Below, one piece after another: positions 28,068-42,121 of a stretch of DNA of 64,000 nt. The position numbers and the translations under genes were made by a program. This DNA comes from Phoronis australis (taxonomy: Eukaryota; Animalia; Phoronida): NCBI GenBank assembly GCA_002633005.1, contig NMRA01000861.1:5696-69695 (forward strand). Direction: 5' to 3'. The notes beneath the pieces were generated by a model. It made no database searches, was not told the DNA's origin, and worked only from the letters and a program-made list of their open reading frames with translations. The first letter of the stretch is position 1, and every line of letters begins with the position of its first letter.

Positions 28068-28590
28068 ACTGTATTGGCTCTAATAAACGCATAGAAAAAT
28101 TCATTTCACGGGGAAGGGACGCTTATTGCAACCTACGGCAGTTGAAACCCGATTTCCCAAACGGGTAAAATCGGAAGCTAGGATTCATCAAATTTACGCT
28201 CTGTGACGTATTTGTAGCCTATGACAGTCTTTCTACAAAATTGTGGTGCATTGCTATCAACTTCCGTGGTTAAATTACGATAATTTTTCAAAAAATTGTG
28301 CTCATCACAGGGCGAAAACTTGCCGACTGATGAGTCGCTGAATCGTGATCGTCAAAAGGAAAACTTGAACTCTTGAATAAAAATATAGTTTCGACTCAAC
28401 AAATTACCTGAAATCTTCCTTACGTTTTACAATTTTCAAAGTTCATGTGGAGTCCAGATTTATTGCGATTAAGTCCAAATCTGCGCTACATCGTACCCCA
28501 CAACACGAGAAAAATCTCTGGATGAACACACGTTGTTGTCACGTGACGTTTGTTTTGAAGTCTGTCTGCGTACGAGAGTGAGTGAGCGTG
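28068..28590. repeat. Diverged copy of the repeat at ~26420-26930
   Basis: Shared blocks TACTGTATT..., GCGCTTATTG.AACC, GATTCATCAAATTTACGCT and GAAAAATCTCTGGA in the same orientation. Confidence 0.75.
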
Positions 28591-31500
28591 CGTGTGCGGG
28601 TCATCGACGACAGACTTTGTTGTTACAAAAGACGGAGGATTATGCAACAAAATGGCGTTTACTAGATTTTTTTTTCACTTAAACGGTTGCAATGTGCAAG
28701 GTGAGTGCTGATTAACTCAAAGATTTTGTGTGCACAGGCCGACGGTCGTTAGCTCTAACATGGAGAATTAATAGTCCAAGGCTCGATCTACATGTTGGGG
28801 ACAAGGTGAACTACCCGGGTTGTGTGAAATTTCTGGGTCTAACGGAGACACTGACGCAGAGGTCAGCCAGCTCGCTGTATCAAGACTATAGTCAAAATCC
28901 AAATTCGTTTTATCGTGTCCCTGTCAATAATAACGGCATGCTTAAGTTTCTTAATTTTCGTACTTCAGAAACATAACAATCACGTAATTTGTACACCTAC
29001 GTGCATGCCGCAGATCACATCTCGGAAATTGCCGATTTGACGGATGACAATGAATGAGCACAATGAAATTAAACAACGTCGCTTTACACCTTGTAAGATT
29101 CATAATAAACGTATTTTGAATATTGCAATGCATGTGTTCCAAAATCTAAATAACTTGGGTCCTATATTTTTGTATTCGTGCGCGCCGAATGAAAGTAATC
29201 GTGAGTGTTGCTGTGTTGCAAAATCTCTTATCCTGGGCCGATTTGAAAAATTGAAAGTTGTACTCATATTTGTTTTCGCTCCTCTTTTCAAATATTACAG
29301 TAAACACTAGGTAAAAACTCTCTCCATAAAAAGTACAGTCTGCTAGCTAGATTGTAATCAGCTGATCATATCCGCATGAGCGAAGCCAATTATCCTTGCT
29401 CGTGACTCGATGAATAGAGCAGCTTGGCGGCATCCTTTTGATCGTGAGCCGAGCGCGACTCAGCCAAGGTGGATAAATACGGTCTAATCAATTTTCCAAA
29501 CCCCACCGTTTACCTTGACAACGGGGTTAGGACCAATCTTATTTAGTGGTACTGTTCATAGCATGGAACATTTGTGGGATAAGTTTCTATTAAATGTCTT
29601 GATAATTTGGTAACATGTGTCAAAGATCTGTCAGACTTGAGTGAACTATAAATATGACACAACGAGGTGTTTAAAGAATTACATAAAGTTATAACATCAT
29701 TAACTGTTCGGCCCCCCAGCTAGTTTTAGTATACTTGATGTTTTTTGTTTCTACTTTTGGATAGTGCGAATCATTTAACTTGCAGTATTCTGCCATGGGT
29801 GGTGATTCTAGTGTTTTCCAGTTGTCATGGGTTGCACAGTTTCATGAATTTGCCGAGTTGTTGCAGCATTGTTTCCTACTTTATACCTTCTGTTCATAGA
29901 GTTGTCAATCACTGTTGCATTTCTCTTGTATTTGTTGTTGAACAAGAGTTTGGTCTCCTGCTGGGTAAGCCCTGTTAGTGTGGGCAGTTGGTTCTCTGAC
30001 ACTTTTCATTGGCCGGCACAAAGTCTGTTGTATTATGATTCGCTGCAGGGGAAAATTTTTTATCTACTGCTTGGGTCACATAGACATCTACCAGTATTGT
30101 TGTTTGCCATTGATCTATACTTTTGTTGCAGTCCTATTATGACAGTGATTCACTTAGAGCATTTGCTCTTAAACACAAAGATGACTTTTGTATGTTATCT
30201 CTAAACATATTAAGTACCTGAGCTAAGTTTGATAGCCTGTTTCTGTTTCTCCACCAACTGTACCAGGTGAATTTCCACTGTAATGCAATTTGTCTGCCGG
30301 AAACTTAGCTTGTTGGTGATGCTGACCGTTCATTATTTCAAATTGATAATTATTACTCACATCCACAACTCATTGGAGTATAAAAATGTGATTCTGCAGT
30401 TTTTGAGTCACAGTTTGTGACCTTAGTTGAGGTCATCAATATGTTATTGTTGGCAATATTTATAAACCTCCCCAAAATGACAATTTAAACAAGAACATTT
30501 CTAGATGATTCTAATCCATTGATTAATAAAACTTCGGCAAACCAAAACTCATGTCATATTCGCAGGTGATTTTAAAATCAATTTCTTAAAAGTGGACGAG
30601 AGGCCCTCGTTCGGAGAATTATACATCTCTATGTCTTTCAATCGTTTTTCTCCAATTACTTTTCCCACTAGTTACTCTGAGTTTTCTGCTTCACTTATTG
30701 ACCACATTTTCTACAAATTTAAATTACGAGTTCTAACATTGATCCAGTTTCGGAGATCTACTATTCTAATATGTCTGATCATTTACCTAATATTTTATCT
30801 TGTTTTAAGAAAAACATCAAAAACGCAAGAGCTCCAAAATTTGCTAACAGAAATGTCACCAATGACCATAGATTGAAAAAGGTGTACGGTGAATTTTCGC
30901 CATACTAATGTACTTTGTCATATGGATACAAATTTAAATGGTGATCCCAATATGCATTATAATTTATTTCAGGATTCTGTTCTTGCTTGTTTAAATAAGT
31001 TCAGTATAGTAAGATTCAATAAATATAAGCACAAAAACAATCTTTGGGTCTTCCAAGGTATTTTAAACTCTCTTAAGTTTAGAGGCAGGATTTACAGACC
31101 ACGTAAACCACCCAAAATGCTATCAATTTTGTCTCATTGAAAACAAACCTAAAATCTATAAAATTCTGAAAAAAATTCTGAAAGAGAAGAGACTTCATCA
31201 TCACAATCAGTTTCCGGGCCATGTTGGTTCTCCTAAGAACACTTGGACAGAAATTAATAACTTATTGAATAGAAATGACTTTATAATATCAAATAATCCT
31301 TCCAAAGTAAAGATTAATGTTGAAATGGTTTGTGACGAGGGTGAGATTGTAAATCACTTTAAGAATTATTTTTAATAATATTGCCTCACACTCTCTACCT
31401 ACTCCTTCTTCGAATTTGTCATGTCTTTTTTAGATTTTGAATCCGCTGCTACACTTAACTTTGAACCAATTTTCCCAATTGATAATAGAAAAGTAATAAA

Positions 31501-31602
31501 TTCTTTCCAGCTAAACCTACTTGTGGTCACAATGGCATACCCATAAAAATAATAAAATGTAGTAAGTAATCTATTAATTGAACCATTGTGTGTTGTTTTT
31601 AA

Positions 31603-32431
31603 AGGCGAAGGCAACCTTTTTCCATGTCATTTTGAGCTAAAATAAGGTAGGTTGGTTATCCTAGACATATTTTTCACTTAATTACAGCTTTTCGTAATTT
31701 TATTAATTATTCGTCCGCTTTTCCGGAAGTGACGTTTTAGGAGGCAAGCGCTTCCCGCCAATTTCTTTTCACATAGTCTGACTGTGAGAGCTGCCGAGTC
31801 AGTCATTGTTCTACCTCGGTTGTGTTAAGTTCCGTCGTCGTTCGCTTTCATTTACTAGTCAGTCAACATGCCACACTGTTGCTGCGTACCGGGATGTAGT
31901 AATTATCGGCTCACGCGCGCTTTGGGAGTGCCTTTGCATCGCTTTCCGATGGATGACANNNNNNNNNNNNNNNNNNNNNNNNNNNNNNNNNNNNNNNNNN
32001 NNNNNNNNNNNNNNNNNNNNNNNNNNNNNNNNNNNNNNNNNNNNNNNNNNNNNNNNNNNNNNNNNNNNNNNNNNNNNNNNNNNNNNNNNNNNNNNNNNNN
32101 NNNNNNNNNNNNNNNNNNNNNNNNNNNNNNNNNNNNNNNNNNNNNNNNNNNNNNNNNNNNNNNNNNNNNNNNNNNNNNNNNNNNNNNNNNNNNNNNNNNN
32201 NNNNNNNNNNNNNNNNNNNNNNNNNNNNNNNNNNNNNNNNNNNNNNNNNNNNNNNNNNNNNNNNNNNNNNNNNNNNNNNNNNNCGCTTGCCTCCTAAAAC
32301 GTCACTTCCGGAAAAGCGGACGAGTAATTAATAAAATTACGAAAAGCTGTAATTAAGTGAAAAATATGTCTAGGATAACCAACCAACCTTATTTTAGCTC
32401 AAAATGACATGGAAAAAGGTTGCCTTCGCCT
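31603..32431 (+). mobile_element. Kolobok-like non-autonomous element with the start of a THAP ORF (centre in N gap)
   Basis: TTAA TSD (31599-31602 and 32432-32435); AGG...CCT termini; at least 148 bp of near-perfect TIR; ORF at 31868 reads MPHCCCVPGCSN...LHRFP. Confidence 0.88.
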
Positions 32432-33189
32432 TTAACCAGTCCATTTCCAATCCAATTTTTCCAGACAACATGAAAATTGCCAATGTTATTCCTGTATTTA
32501 GAAAACGGACCTGTTTTTTTAGATATTAAACAGACCAGTTGCTATTCTAAGATTTATTAAAAACTTTATTATAATCAACTTTATGGAATTGGACAGGGAT
32601 GAGTGATTGTCATTTTTTTCAAAATTATTCACACTAGCGTATAATTTTGAATTATTTTGAACAAAAGTAAGCCACAAACGTGTATTTTGTAATCAACAGG
32701 ACTTCAATTTATTAAACCTCTCCAAAATACACTTTAACTACTTGTTTTACTTGCGGTAACCCCACCAGCCACAAGTGGACTGACCCTGTGTACATTAGCT
32801 GGGAAATTTATTGACCCAGTTGCAGCAACCCAACATGAATTTCACTCATTTTTGGCTGAGATTACATAAGGTCTATATTTTTTCAAATTTTTTATTACAT
32901 TTATTTGCTTATGTTGTTGTGTATACTAATAAGTCTGAAATGTAGCATTCAACTGCAGGTTGCTATGGAAATTTTAAAGACACTATTGGCACTTTTTCTC
33001 AGCCATTTTCCTCGACTTTTGAAAGCTCTAAATTTTCGCTTTTCCCGACTAGACTTGGCAATAACTCCGTCTTTTGTGAAGATAAGGACATGTTTCATAC
33101 CTCAAAATGATCAGAAAAGATTGTATTTTCAGAAAAAAATGACAATTAAAAAATGACAAATCCCGACTTAAGACTCATTTTGTGGTGGT

Positions 33190-36100
33190 GGGTCACACAT
33201 ATGGTTTGGAGAATAAAATTACCTTGGTTGCACTTTGTGCAACTTTGAGCACTTTTTATAATAAAATGGCGACTTCCCCCATCTTGAATTTTGCCCAATT
33301 TTCACACTGTGAACAGATACCGTGTAGAATTCTACAATTTATGGCTTCCAATGTTTTTGGGACGGAGAGTCCATTTCTGATATTATTTCATGGATGCAAG
33401 GTCAAATTCAAGGTGAAATGAGAGGTCAAAAGTCACGTTGAACTAAAACAAGGAAAATTCATCTCTTTTGCGCGATGAAATGTTAAACTTATGGGAAATG
33501 CGGAATTATCATTTCTGTGATTCCATTATAGCAAGAGTAAGGAATAGCTAAATACTAGAATAAGATAACCTCCCAATATCTCAATAATTAGTTTAAAATA
33601 TTGTTATACCAGACCTACGCATGCCGCTCAGAAAAGTCCGTGGCACTGATCACCTTGGACCATTTTTATGTTTTCTTAGTTGAAACAGAGCTGAGGATAT
33701 AGGGACCAACAGTGTGTCCCGTGTGACTTGAAAACACAACCTTGAGTAGAGGAAGGACACTATGCCACACTGCCTCCTCATTGTGAATAGGGGTATGTGT
33801 GTAGTTTACGCGTAATGCGTGCAAGGTACATACACGTAGACTGCGATAGGCGCTGTTGTTAATCCAGGGAAAACAAATAAACTATGACTTCTGGAACTAC
33901 CGTAATCGTTCGCGTTAACACCCTGGGCGGTTAAATTGGCGAATCCAAAAAATCGGGGGAGGGCGGTTAACCGAGCAATGGGCGGTTAAATTGAAAATCC
34001 ACCTCAAGTAGGGGATGGGCGGTTAACCGAACATGGGCGCTTATTACGACAGACAACCGCCCTGGTCAGTTAATCTTACCTGGCGATCTAAATCCTGACA
34101 CGACACTCATACTCGGAACGCGTAGCCCTTTTCAAAGAGCTTTATCGTCACGTCGCCAAATGACTGTAAAAACATTATAACAGCGGATGACCCAACAAAG
34201 GTTCTCTTGCCCTCAGATTAGTCATTCACTATTAAATTTACAAAATTGCTGAGTAATAGCCTCGTGCCGTCCTGCAGTGCGCAGACAACCAGTGACCTCG
34301 CAGCCTCCACTAGAATTAAAACTGTTTTAAGATGTGACCCTGCTTAAGTGCGCGCGTGCAAGCTTCACGTGTTGCAGAGGTCAGACATCAAATTTATGGT
34401 TACAGTCTCGTACTATATGTAGCTGTCAAGTTCCGACTCAGAGAGCAGTTTTAAAATTGGTTGTAATAAAAGTTTGAAAAACTTAACTCTGTTGTTTTTG
34501 TGTTTGGGATGTTATAGTCGACACTCCGTGACTCAATAACATTTTCAGCGTATGGTTTTGCGGCTAGCTGTCTTATCTCGACAGCCCGGCATTGCTCTCT
34601 TGCCGTTGCGCCAAACATGATATGCAAAGAAGTAAGACAAGGATCGGGGGTGGTCGAGCCAGTCGTCCATCAAGAATAAAATTTCAAGCAACTGCATCAA
34701 TATGTTACAAAATGTCAGAAAACAGCAATGTTTCAATTCATTATTCTAAACGATCACCTTACCAAACTTTGTGGTGGAAAAACATTTATTTTTCATGCAA
34801 GATGTCCAGATTATCCTATTTATATCACTTGTAATATCGCACTGCGGCACTCTTCGGTCCCGCTGTTATCGCGCAATGTCTCAGTCGGCTGACAATCGTG
34901 ACTTGGAAATACCGTCAAGTAATATAACGGCCTCTTTCAATATGCATCTCGTTTTTTATGGCCAAAGATAGTGGCGGTATTCAGCACGCACGTAGGGCCT
35001 ACGTGTGAGTCACCTGTCAATCACATGTTGGTGNCGGCCTCTTTCAATATGCATCTCGTTTTTTATGGCCAAAGATAGTGGCGGTATTCAGCACGCACGT
35101 AGGGCCTACGTGTGAGTCACCTGTCAATCACATGTTGGTGTCAAGGTAACATGCACTCCAAAGTGTGGGAACGTACATCACTACAAATCAGTCACACATA
35201 GCGACAGTCTGAAGTAACAAAAACGGGCGTGACTATGTGCTTTTAAGCTGTTGTTACGAAAGACCCAGTTCTTTACGATATTCCTCCGTTGCCAATGTTC
35301 CCCAAAACTGCGTTGTCAAGTCTATTGCCATATTTCCTGGCTCGATGCTCCTTAAGCCCATCCCTGTAACTAGCTGTGTGAATCTCCTACCCACTATCGT
35401 CAAGCAGTCTACGTCGTAGATATTTCAGACTAGAATGGTACGAATTTTTGTTAAGGCTGAAAATGGCCAATGCATAAACAAAATTATTCTGGATGGCTAA
35501 AAAGGGGATGTAGAAACGATAATTCACACAGTCACGCTTACGTGCAGGCTGACGTAAACATAGTAAAGAACAGCCAGCGACATTAGTTAAATCTGCTAAC
35601 CAGTTTGATTGAGATGCAATAAGCGAAAAACAAAATTTGACTAGCCGTTTTTTATTACTTCAAGATCATACACAAACATACATTATTGCCAACGTTTGAA
35701 TTCAGAAATCGACAGGCAGCAACGAAATCGGTAACCCAGTAAGGCACTTGTACTGTCCCTTCGGTCGCCCCACATCCTCTAAACCCGGCAGTTATATTCA
35801 TCAAAATATTGAGAATCTTTCCGTGAGTTGTGAGATTTGTTCAAAATACGAGAGCTTCCCACCTTAATAGAATTTGGAGGGTTGGCAAAACCATTGTCAC
35901 ATTTCTCTGGCCTGATTTTTTCGAATATGAGTTTTATCTAGTGCACTGCAGACGGAAACTCAGCGCGGCAGACAAAGTCGCTGAAAGCGGAGGTTTTGAC
36001 TCCGGCGGCGTTCTTAAACTTTGCAAACAAGGGAAGAAAATAAAGTGACAAAAGGGTTAGAGTATCATATTTTGAAGTGAGTTCATGACCCAAGACAATA

Positions 36101-39100
36101 ACTCGTTACCTGTACTGTAATTCAGATTGCTAAACCACCGTCTCGGAGTCCCGGTGCCGTTGCACTCATTGTGATCGTCGATCTTTTTCTAAAAGTCTGG
36201 GAATCACGCGTTTCGTTAGCACTAGGTGCTAAATCTTCATTCTTTAAAAGTCGGGGATGGGCGCTTAACCGAGAGGTGGGCGCTTAACTGGAAATCTTCA
36301 AAAATTGCAGGGGGGCGCTTAACCGAGCAGTGGGCGGTTAAATCGAAAATCCACTTAAAGTCGGGGATGGGCGGTTAACTGAGCATGGGCGTTAACCCGA
36401 ATGATTCCGGTATAAAATAATGCAAATTCCGCGACTTTGCAGAGCCGCTTGGCTTCTTCTACTGGGGATTGATGACTCGCTAGTTCTCGAGAAAATTTCA
36501 CCCCTCCCATGTGTCCATGTTAATAGAGAGCAGCTTCAAGGCAATGGACCACGAGTCACTGACTACGATGAGTTACGCAGAGAGGGGTTATTAGTCTCTA
36601 ACAGCTCGTTCAAACCAAGAACTAGTCTCTATCCAGTGCCATCACGTCTTGTAACCTCTCATGTTGGCGGCACTTGTTCAGGTCAAATCTCTGAAATGTT
36701 CCATTGTGTCCGAAATACTACCATTCCCCTTCTCCATTTGAGTCTTGGCTTCTACTGGCATATTAGATGTCCCATAAATCAAGAGCTCGAAAACATCACT
36801 GTTGTCACAAGTGATTCTGATGACGTGGGTGCTTTCTTCCACCACTCAACATTCACCTATACAACGTCTGCTTCAGCATTTGAAATTACACAGTGGCTCT
36901 TCTTGATTCCCTCGATGTTGAATAGAAAGTAATAGCTTCATACACATAGAAGGTTGTTTAACATAGCATTATTTAGAATAGTTAAGCCGCAAAAGGGATG
37001 TTTGGGAACAGGGGTTAGCATGTCTTCCTCAACATGTGCTCATGTTATCGTCTCATAGTCCTTTGTGTTGGGATCTTTGTGGTCATATTTTTCAAAGCTA
37101 ATAATTTCTTCACAAGCTGGAGGATAGGGGGTTAGTAGAGGCTGCAGGGAGTGGAATCAATAAGTTCATACTATACTGAAAGATATCAGCTATGTTAATG
37201 TTACATTGCTGTCTTACAACTGAACAGCATCTCAACGCTATGTCCTTCCATTGACAGTACAGGCTTCTTCAGCAACTCCAGTATTTTGACTTTTTCTTAA
37301 TTGCTTTGTAACATTCACTGCTTAACAAAAATAAAAATCTTACCCCTTTGCTCATGCCCAATGACCAACTCATTCCGGAATCTACTCGGCGATTGCAGAT
37401 GTTATGGAGATATGACTGCTGGTCAGTGAGCGGGTGTCTGTGCTTCTCTACCTCCTCCGCAATCTTTCTCTATTCATCCTCGTCCAGGTCCACTACTCCC
37501 TTCTTGTACTTAGTCTTTTTCCTGTAACTCCACTATGTGACGTTTGCTCTTCACCACCTTCATTCCATATGACTTAATGTTCCCCATGGCATTATCAAGG
37601 TGGGCACACCCACTGAAACTCTTTAAAGTCCTTGTCTCACGCGTTGTTAACCCTTATTACATGGTTAGAAGATGTTATAAGGATCCAAGAAGTACCTACC
37701 CCATAACTAATACACGATCCGTACTCGAAAACAGTTTAAATGAACGCGTCACTCACGATTCGCACCCGAAGAAACACCGCCATTTTGAACTTGCCGCGAA
37801 CCCGGAAGTACAATTCATTCAGGAACCCAGGCCGAGAAAACGCCGTCAGTGCGACTGGAGCAGTGCCTGTACTGTTACCAGCCAGCAAACGGGGATAAAA
37901 AAATCGACAGCGCGTCTTAATTTTGATAGAAGCAAACTACGGACAATTTTATGGAATTTGCTGAAGAAATGTGGCGAATAAATTTTGACAGAAATTATTT
38001 TGCTAGACTCGGGACCGCAGCCTATCGGACCCGGTGCGGATCGAGACCAGACACTGGCGAACGGTAAATGCATGCGCTTGCAAGCTGTTTTGTCGAAGTA
38101 AAATGGTCAAATGATAAATGCTGCATATATTCAAGGGTAGTTTCAGACACTTGCATGAAATTACGGGCTGGTTAGTCCTGTGTCACACTGCCGCGGCAGA
38201 CCTTAGCCTCAGTCACCAGCTACCAGTGAAGACTATAGTCAAAATACTACGGCTTGTTAGTAGGCCAATACAGCCTCCCGTTCAGTAGCGCTAGGACCTC
38301 GCTAAGAAGCATGACTTCGCGAGATTACGTGAGATATTGCCGTGTATTTTAAATGAGAACATGTGGACTAGGATTTTGCAAGGTCCTAGCGTAGGTCCTA
38401 GCGTCTAGTGAACGCACGCCAGCTTTGCGCCAAGACTACCCTTAGGCCTAACTGGTCGCTGGCCACNNNNNNNNNNNNNNNNNNNNNNNNNNNNNNNNNN
38501 NNNNNNNNNNNNNNNNNNNNNNNNNNNNNNNNNNNNNNNNNNNNNNNNNNNNNNNNNNNNNNNNNNNNNNNNNNNNNNNNNNNNNNNNNNNNNNNNNNNN
38601 NNNNNNNNNNNNNNNNNNNNNNNNNNNNNNNNNNNNNNNNNNNNNNNNNNNNNNNNNNNNNNNNNNNNNNNNNNNNNNNNNNNNNNNNNNNNNNNNNNNN
38701 NNNNNNNNNNNNNNNNNNNNNNNNNNNNNNNNNNNNNNNNNNNNNNNNNNNNNNNNNNNNNNNNNNNNNNNNNNNNNNNNNNNNNNNNNNNNNNNNNNNN
38801 NNNNNNNNNNNNNNNNNNNNNNNNNNNNNNNNNNNNNNNNNNNNNNNNNNNNNNNNNNNNNNNNNNNNNNNNNNNNNNNNNNNNNNNNNNNNNNNNNNNN
38901 NNNNNNNNNNNNNNNNNNNNNNNNNNNNNNNNNNNNNNNNNNNNNNNNNNNNNNAAAAAATCAACGACCACTAACTACAAACTATAAATACACTACATAT
39001 GCAAACGAATCACGATATATTACTAATAAAACAAAATAATGAAGACTTTTCGAGCAAGCCATAGCACATTCAGTTACAAGGAAAAAATGGCGGCGTTCAG

Positions 39101-41213
39101 GACAAGTTCCTGAACTGATGAGCCGGAAATGTGGGTACGGAAATAACCGATGACAACCGGTAATCATACGCTCAGAGAGAAGGGTCAAATACTGTTAAAA
39201 AATCGCTTTTGGCAAGAAAGGCGAAAAGAATATAAAGAAAGGGTGTCGAAAATAAGAATTTATGTAGTAAGTATTTTCGGATACTAGAACCGCATGGGCA
39301 GTTTGCAACAAGGACTTTAACCACATGACCGCTTTATTGCTCGGTTCACATTAAAATGCCCCAGAAACTTTATCTCGTTGGATATACAGTATGCCTGTTC
39401 TTCGAATAGTTCAGTTGGTACTACAATCTGGTCATCCAAGTGTGGACAGCTGTTCGCAGCTTCGAGTAGAAATTCTTGACATGCTCCGCACACAGCAAAC
39501 TTCATATAATGTTCGAAAGCACTCTGTCAAGCTGTTAAACTTGGTATAAACTTCATGTCAGAAATGTTTGGCACCTTAGTTGAACACTTAGGCCCCTATC
39601 GCACGTTTATCGAACTTTTGTCGTAGTTTAGGTTGACGTTATTGCGCCTAGCTGTTTATTGTTTATTTATGAATGGAGTTACGTGCAAATTGTGAAAGTT
39701 AAGACAACCTACATGGAGGCACTATCGTATTCTAGTCGAAAAAAATTTCCACATTTTTTGTTTTATTTTGAAAAATTCTACACCTGCACAGGTACCAAAC
39801 ACAATTATGGTGACCTGCTACGAAGAAATACGTCAACATCTCCTTGAGACAGGGTGATTGAAGGACCCTTTAGGTAAACCATCAGCTCTTCATAAGACTT
39901 GGCCCAATTTGAGTAGACATTGAGTAACAACATGGCTGTGATGAGATTATATACCAACAAAGCATCGGTTCTAGCATTTCCGTTGACTGTACTGGAGTGT
40001 AACAAGGTTAATACTCCGATGGTCTATGCCACCACTCCCAAAAAACAGCTACTCCAAACGTACACTACTCCAAAAAAAACACCATTACTACGATTTTTAC
40101 TTGATCTTCCTAAATTTTCTCAAAACTTCTCGAATGGTTTATTAATTTGTGACTTACTAATCAAATACCCACACAAAAATAAATTTGGACAATGAAGTCC
40201 GATGACTTATTTCTGCCATTATTACTGTCTTTGTAGATGAAAACACTTGTATCCCATCTTCTTTGAAGTTCGCTTGATCGAGAGAAAATGTATCATATTA
40301 CAAGGGCGCACCCAAAGGGGGCTCTGGGGGCTCGAACGAACTCCCCATTTGACGAAATGGGCAAAAAGGTCCGCCTCAAGACAACAAAAAGTCAGAGAAT
40401 GCGAGAAAAAAGTCCATTAAAAAAGACGCGAATGCACAATTCATAGCCCTGGACGTGATATTCCGTTTTTAGTCCCATGTTTTTGTTTGCAAAAGGCCCT
40501 CATTTCCAAAAATTCAAGCTTCATATTTTAGACTGAGCTCGCGCATGTATTAGTGTTATAAAATGAAACAAATGCGTTCATATTTGGAGGAAATATGGGT
40601 TTCTTTGGAGTAGTGTTTTCTTTTCAGAGTAGATTTCTTTATGAGTTTTTAGTGTTTTTTTTGGAGTTTTTAGCGTTTTTTTTGGAGTAATGGGCAGTAA
40701 CAGTACTAGAAGCACCATCACTGAACTGCTGAGCGTATGAGCATTTTCATGCCATATGCTTTCACACTAGAACCCTCATTAAACTTGTGAGCAAAATGTT
40801 TGGCCCATTATAGTACATGTATGTAATAGTTCAAGCATTTTGAAAATATATCTTGAAGAAGTTAATGAAGAAAATGAAATACAATGTGATAAAAAACTAA
40901 ATGTCACAAGGCTGCTAGGCAGTTTTGACCTTTGGCCTCTGGTTTGACCTTAAAAATGACCCCGTATTAATAAAATAGCACCAGAAATGGACCCGTCACA
41001 GAAAATGGAATAACCAATATATTACATGACCCTGTTTGTCATCAAGTTGAAAAAACCAAAGTGGGTTGAAATTCAAAATGGCAGAATACGCCATCTTGAA
41101 TTGCAAAAAATACTCAAAGTTGCACTAAGTGCAACCAAGCTAATTTTGTTCTGATCATATTTGATATATTTCAGAAAAAAACTTTACAGTAACCAACATT
41201 GCAGGGTTCACTA
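33190..41213 (-). mobile_element. Highly decayed Academ-like DNA transposon
   Basis: Diverged long inverted repeats (33215-33435 vs 40915-41150; CTTGGTTGCACT..GTGCAACTTTGAG); right end reads TAGTGAACC on the minus strand; minus-strand remnants AEADV...IRITCDNSDVFELLIY near 36780-36890 resemble the XPG-like nuclease region of Academ proteins. Left boundary uncertain. Confidence 0.5.
33900..36410. mobile_element. Non-autonomous TIR element with TA TSD and GGGCGGTTAA subterminal repeats
   Basis: TIR CCGTAATCGTTCGCGTTAACACCC vs CCGGAATCATTCGGGTTAACGCCC; TA flanks at 33898-33899 and 36411-36412. A family end recurs at 63069-63124, and the interior resembles ~53270-54060. Confidence 0.82.
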
Positions 41214-41976
41214 TGGGAGCTATTTAGCTGGCAACTAAACAAAACTAGTGCACAAATTTATTTGACTGCAAACTTTATGCTGATGATAGATGGTATTATT
41301 CACAGCACATTCTGTTAATGGGTCACATGTTTTTTGTGACCAGCTGAAGAAAATTCAGTCTTGGTTAAATGTAAATGGACTGGTTTCAAATGCAACTAAA
41401 ACAAAATTCATAGGTTTTCATAAACCCCCAAAACATATTGATGATTTTCATTCAAAGTTTAATAACTTGGAAATTGAAAGTTAGTTAATTCAATTTTGGT
41501 ATTACCATCAACGACAACCTGTTATGAACTCCACACATAAACGTGTTGAGAAAGACAAACAGATTCTGTGTTGTTCTTAATGACATTAAACATTTCTTGC
41601 ACTGTGAAACTTTGAAAACTTAATATAATGGTTTTGACCTTTCTCATTTTAATTTTTCATTTTGATATGGGGGTGTGAACATCAAAGTATATTCAAATTA
41701 CAGAAAAAGGTTATTCGTATTTACTTCTAGTTGTTTTAATGTCCATAAAGATCATTTATTTAGGACTGCACAGATACTTTGGAACACCAAATTTTCAAAA
41801 TGGCCAATTCAATTTTTATGAAACTCATACTATGCTTTATCCACTGCCGTCCATAACACTGTAAAGGAATTGTTTTTAAAGTGTTCCATTTTTGGCAGAT
41901 ATTCTATCAAAATAGTACTTTTATAAAAAATCCACTCACCTAATCGTGACGGGGAAACTTCACCGCCATGCAAAAT

Positions 41977-42121
41977 CGCTGGTAAAAATGATCACTAGTA
42001 AAAATGATCACTAGTAAAAATTATCGCTAATAAAATGAATCGCTAGTAAAAATGATCGCTAGTAAAAATGATCGCTAGTAAAAATGATCGCTAGTAAAAA
42101 TGATCGCTAGTAATAATGAAT
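41977..42121. repeat. 16-bp minisatellite (GCTAGTAAAAATGATC), ~9 copies
   Basis: Direct reading of the tandem units. Confidence 0.95.

Larger units (their letters stand above)
25920..41830 (+). mobile_element. Decayed near full-length CR1/L2-group LINE split by four insertions
   Basis: ORF1 pieces at 25920-26215 (QAYVRRNSLIASGFEE...ENTDDVV) and 27603-27860 (DISRSHRLG...DIVKFVS...YENLT). Endonuclease at 30200-30800 (GNIYKPP, GDFKINFLK, SLIDHIF, SDHLP). RT pieces at ~31450-31602 + 32432-32585 (FNQSI...FPDNMKIANVIP) and 41270-41830 (YADD, WLNVNGL..NATKTK). Confidence 0.85.

Noticed and set aside
34928-35141. ~106-bp exact tandem duplication
   Set aside because: Copies are separated by a single n (35034); likely an assembly artefact.
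41977-42121. Short repeat arrays (also 58063-58172 and 19908-20278) as possible CRISPR arrays
   Set aside because: Units are head-to-tail with no unique spacers, there are no cas genes, and the context is eukaryotic.
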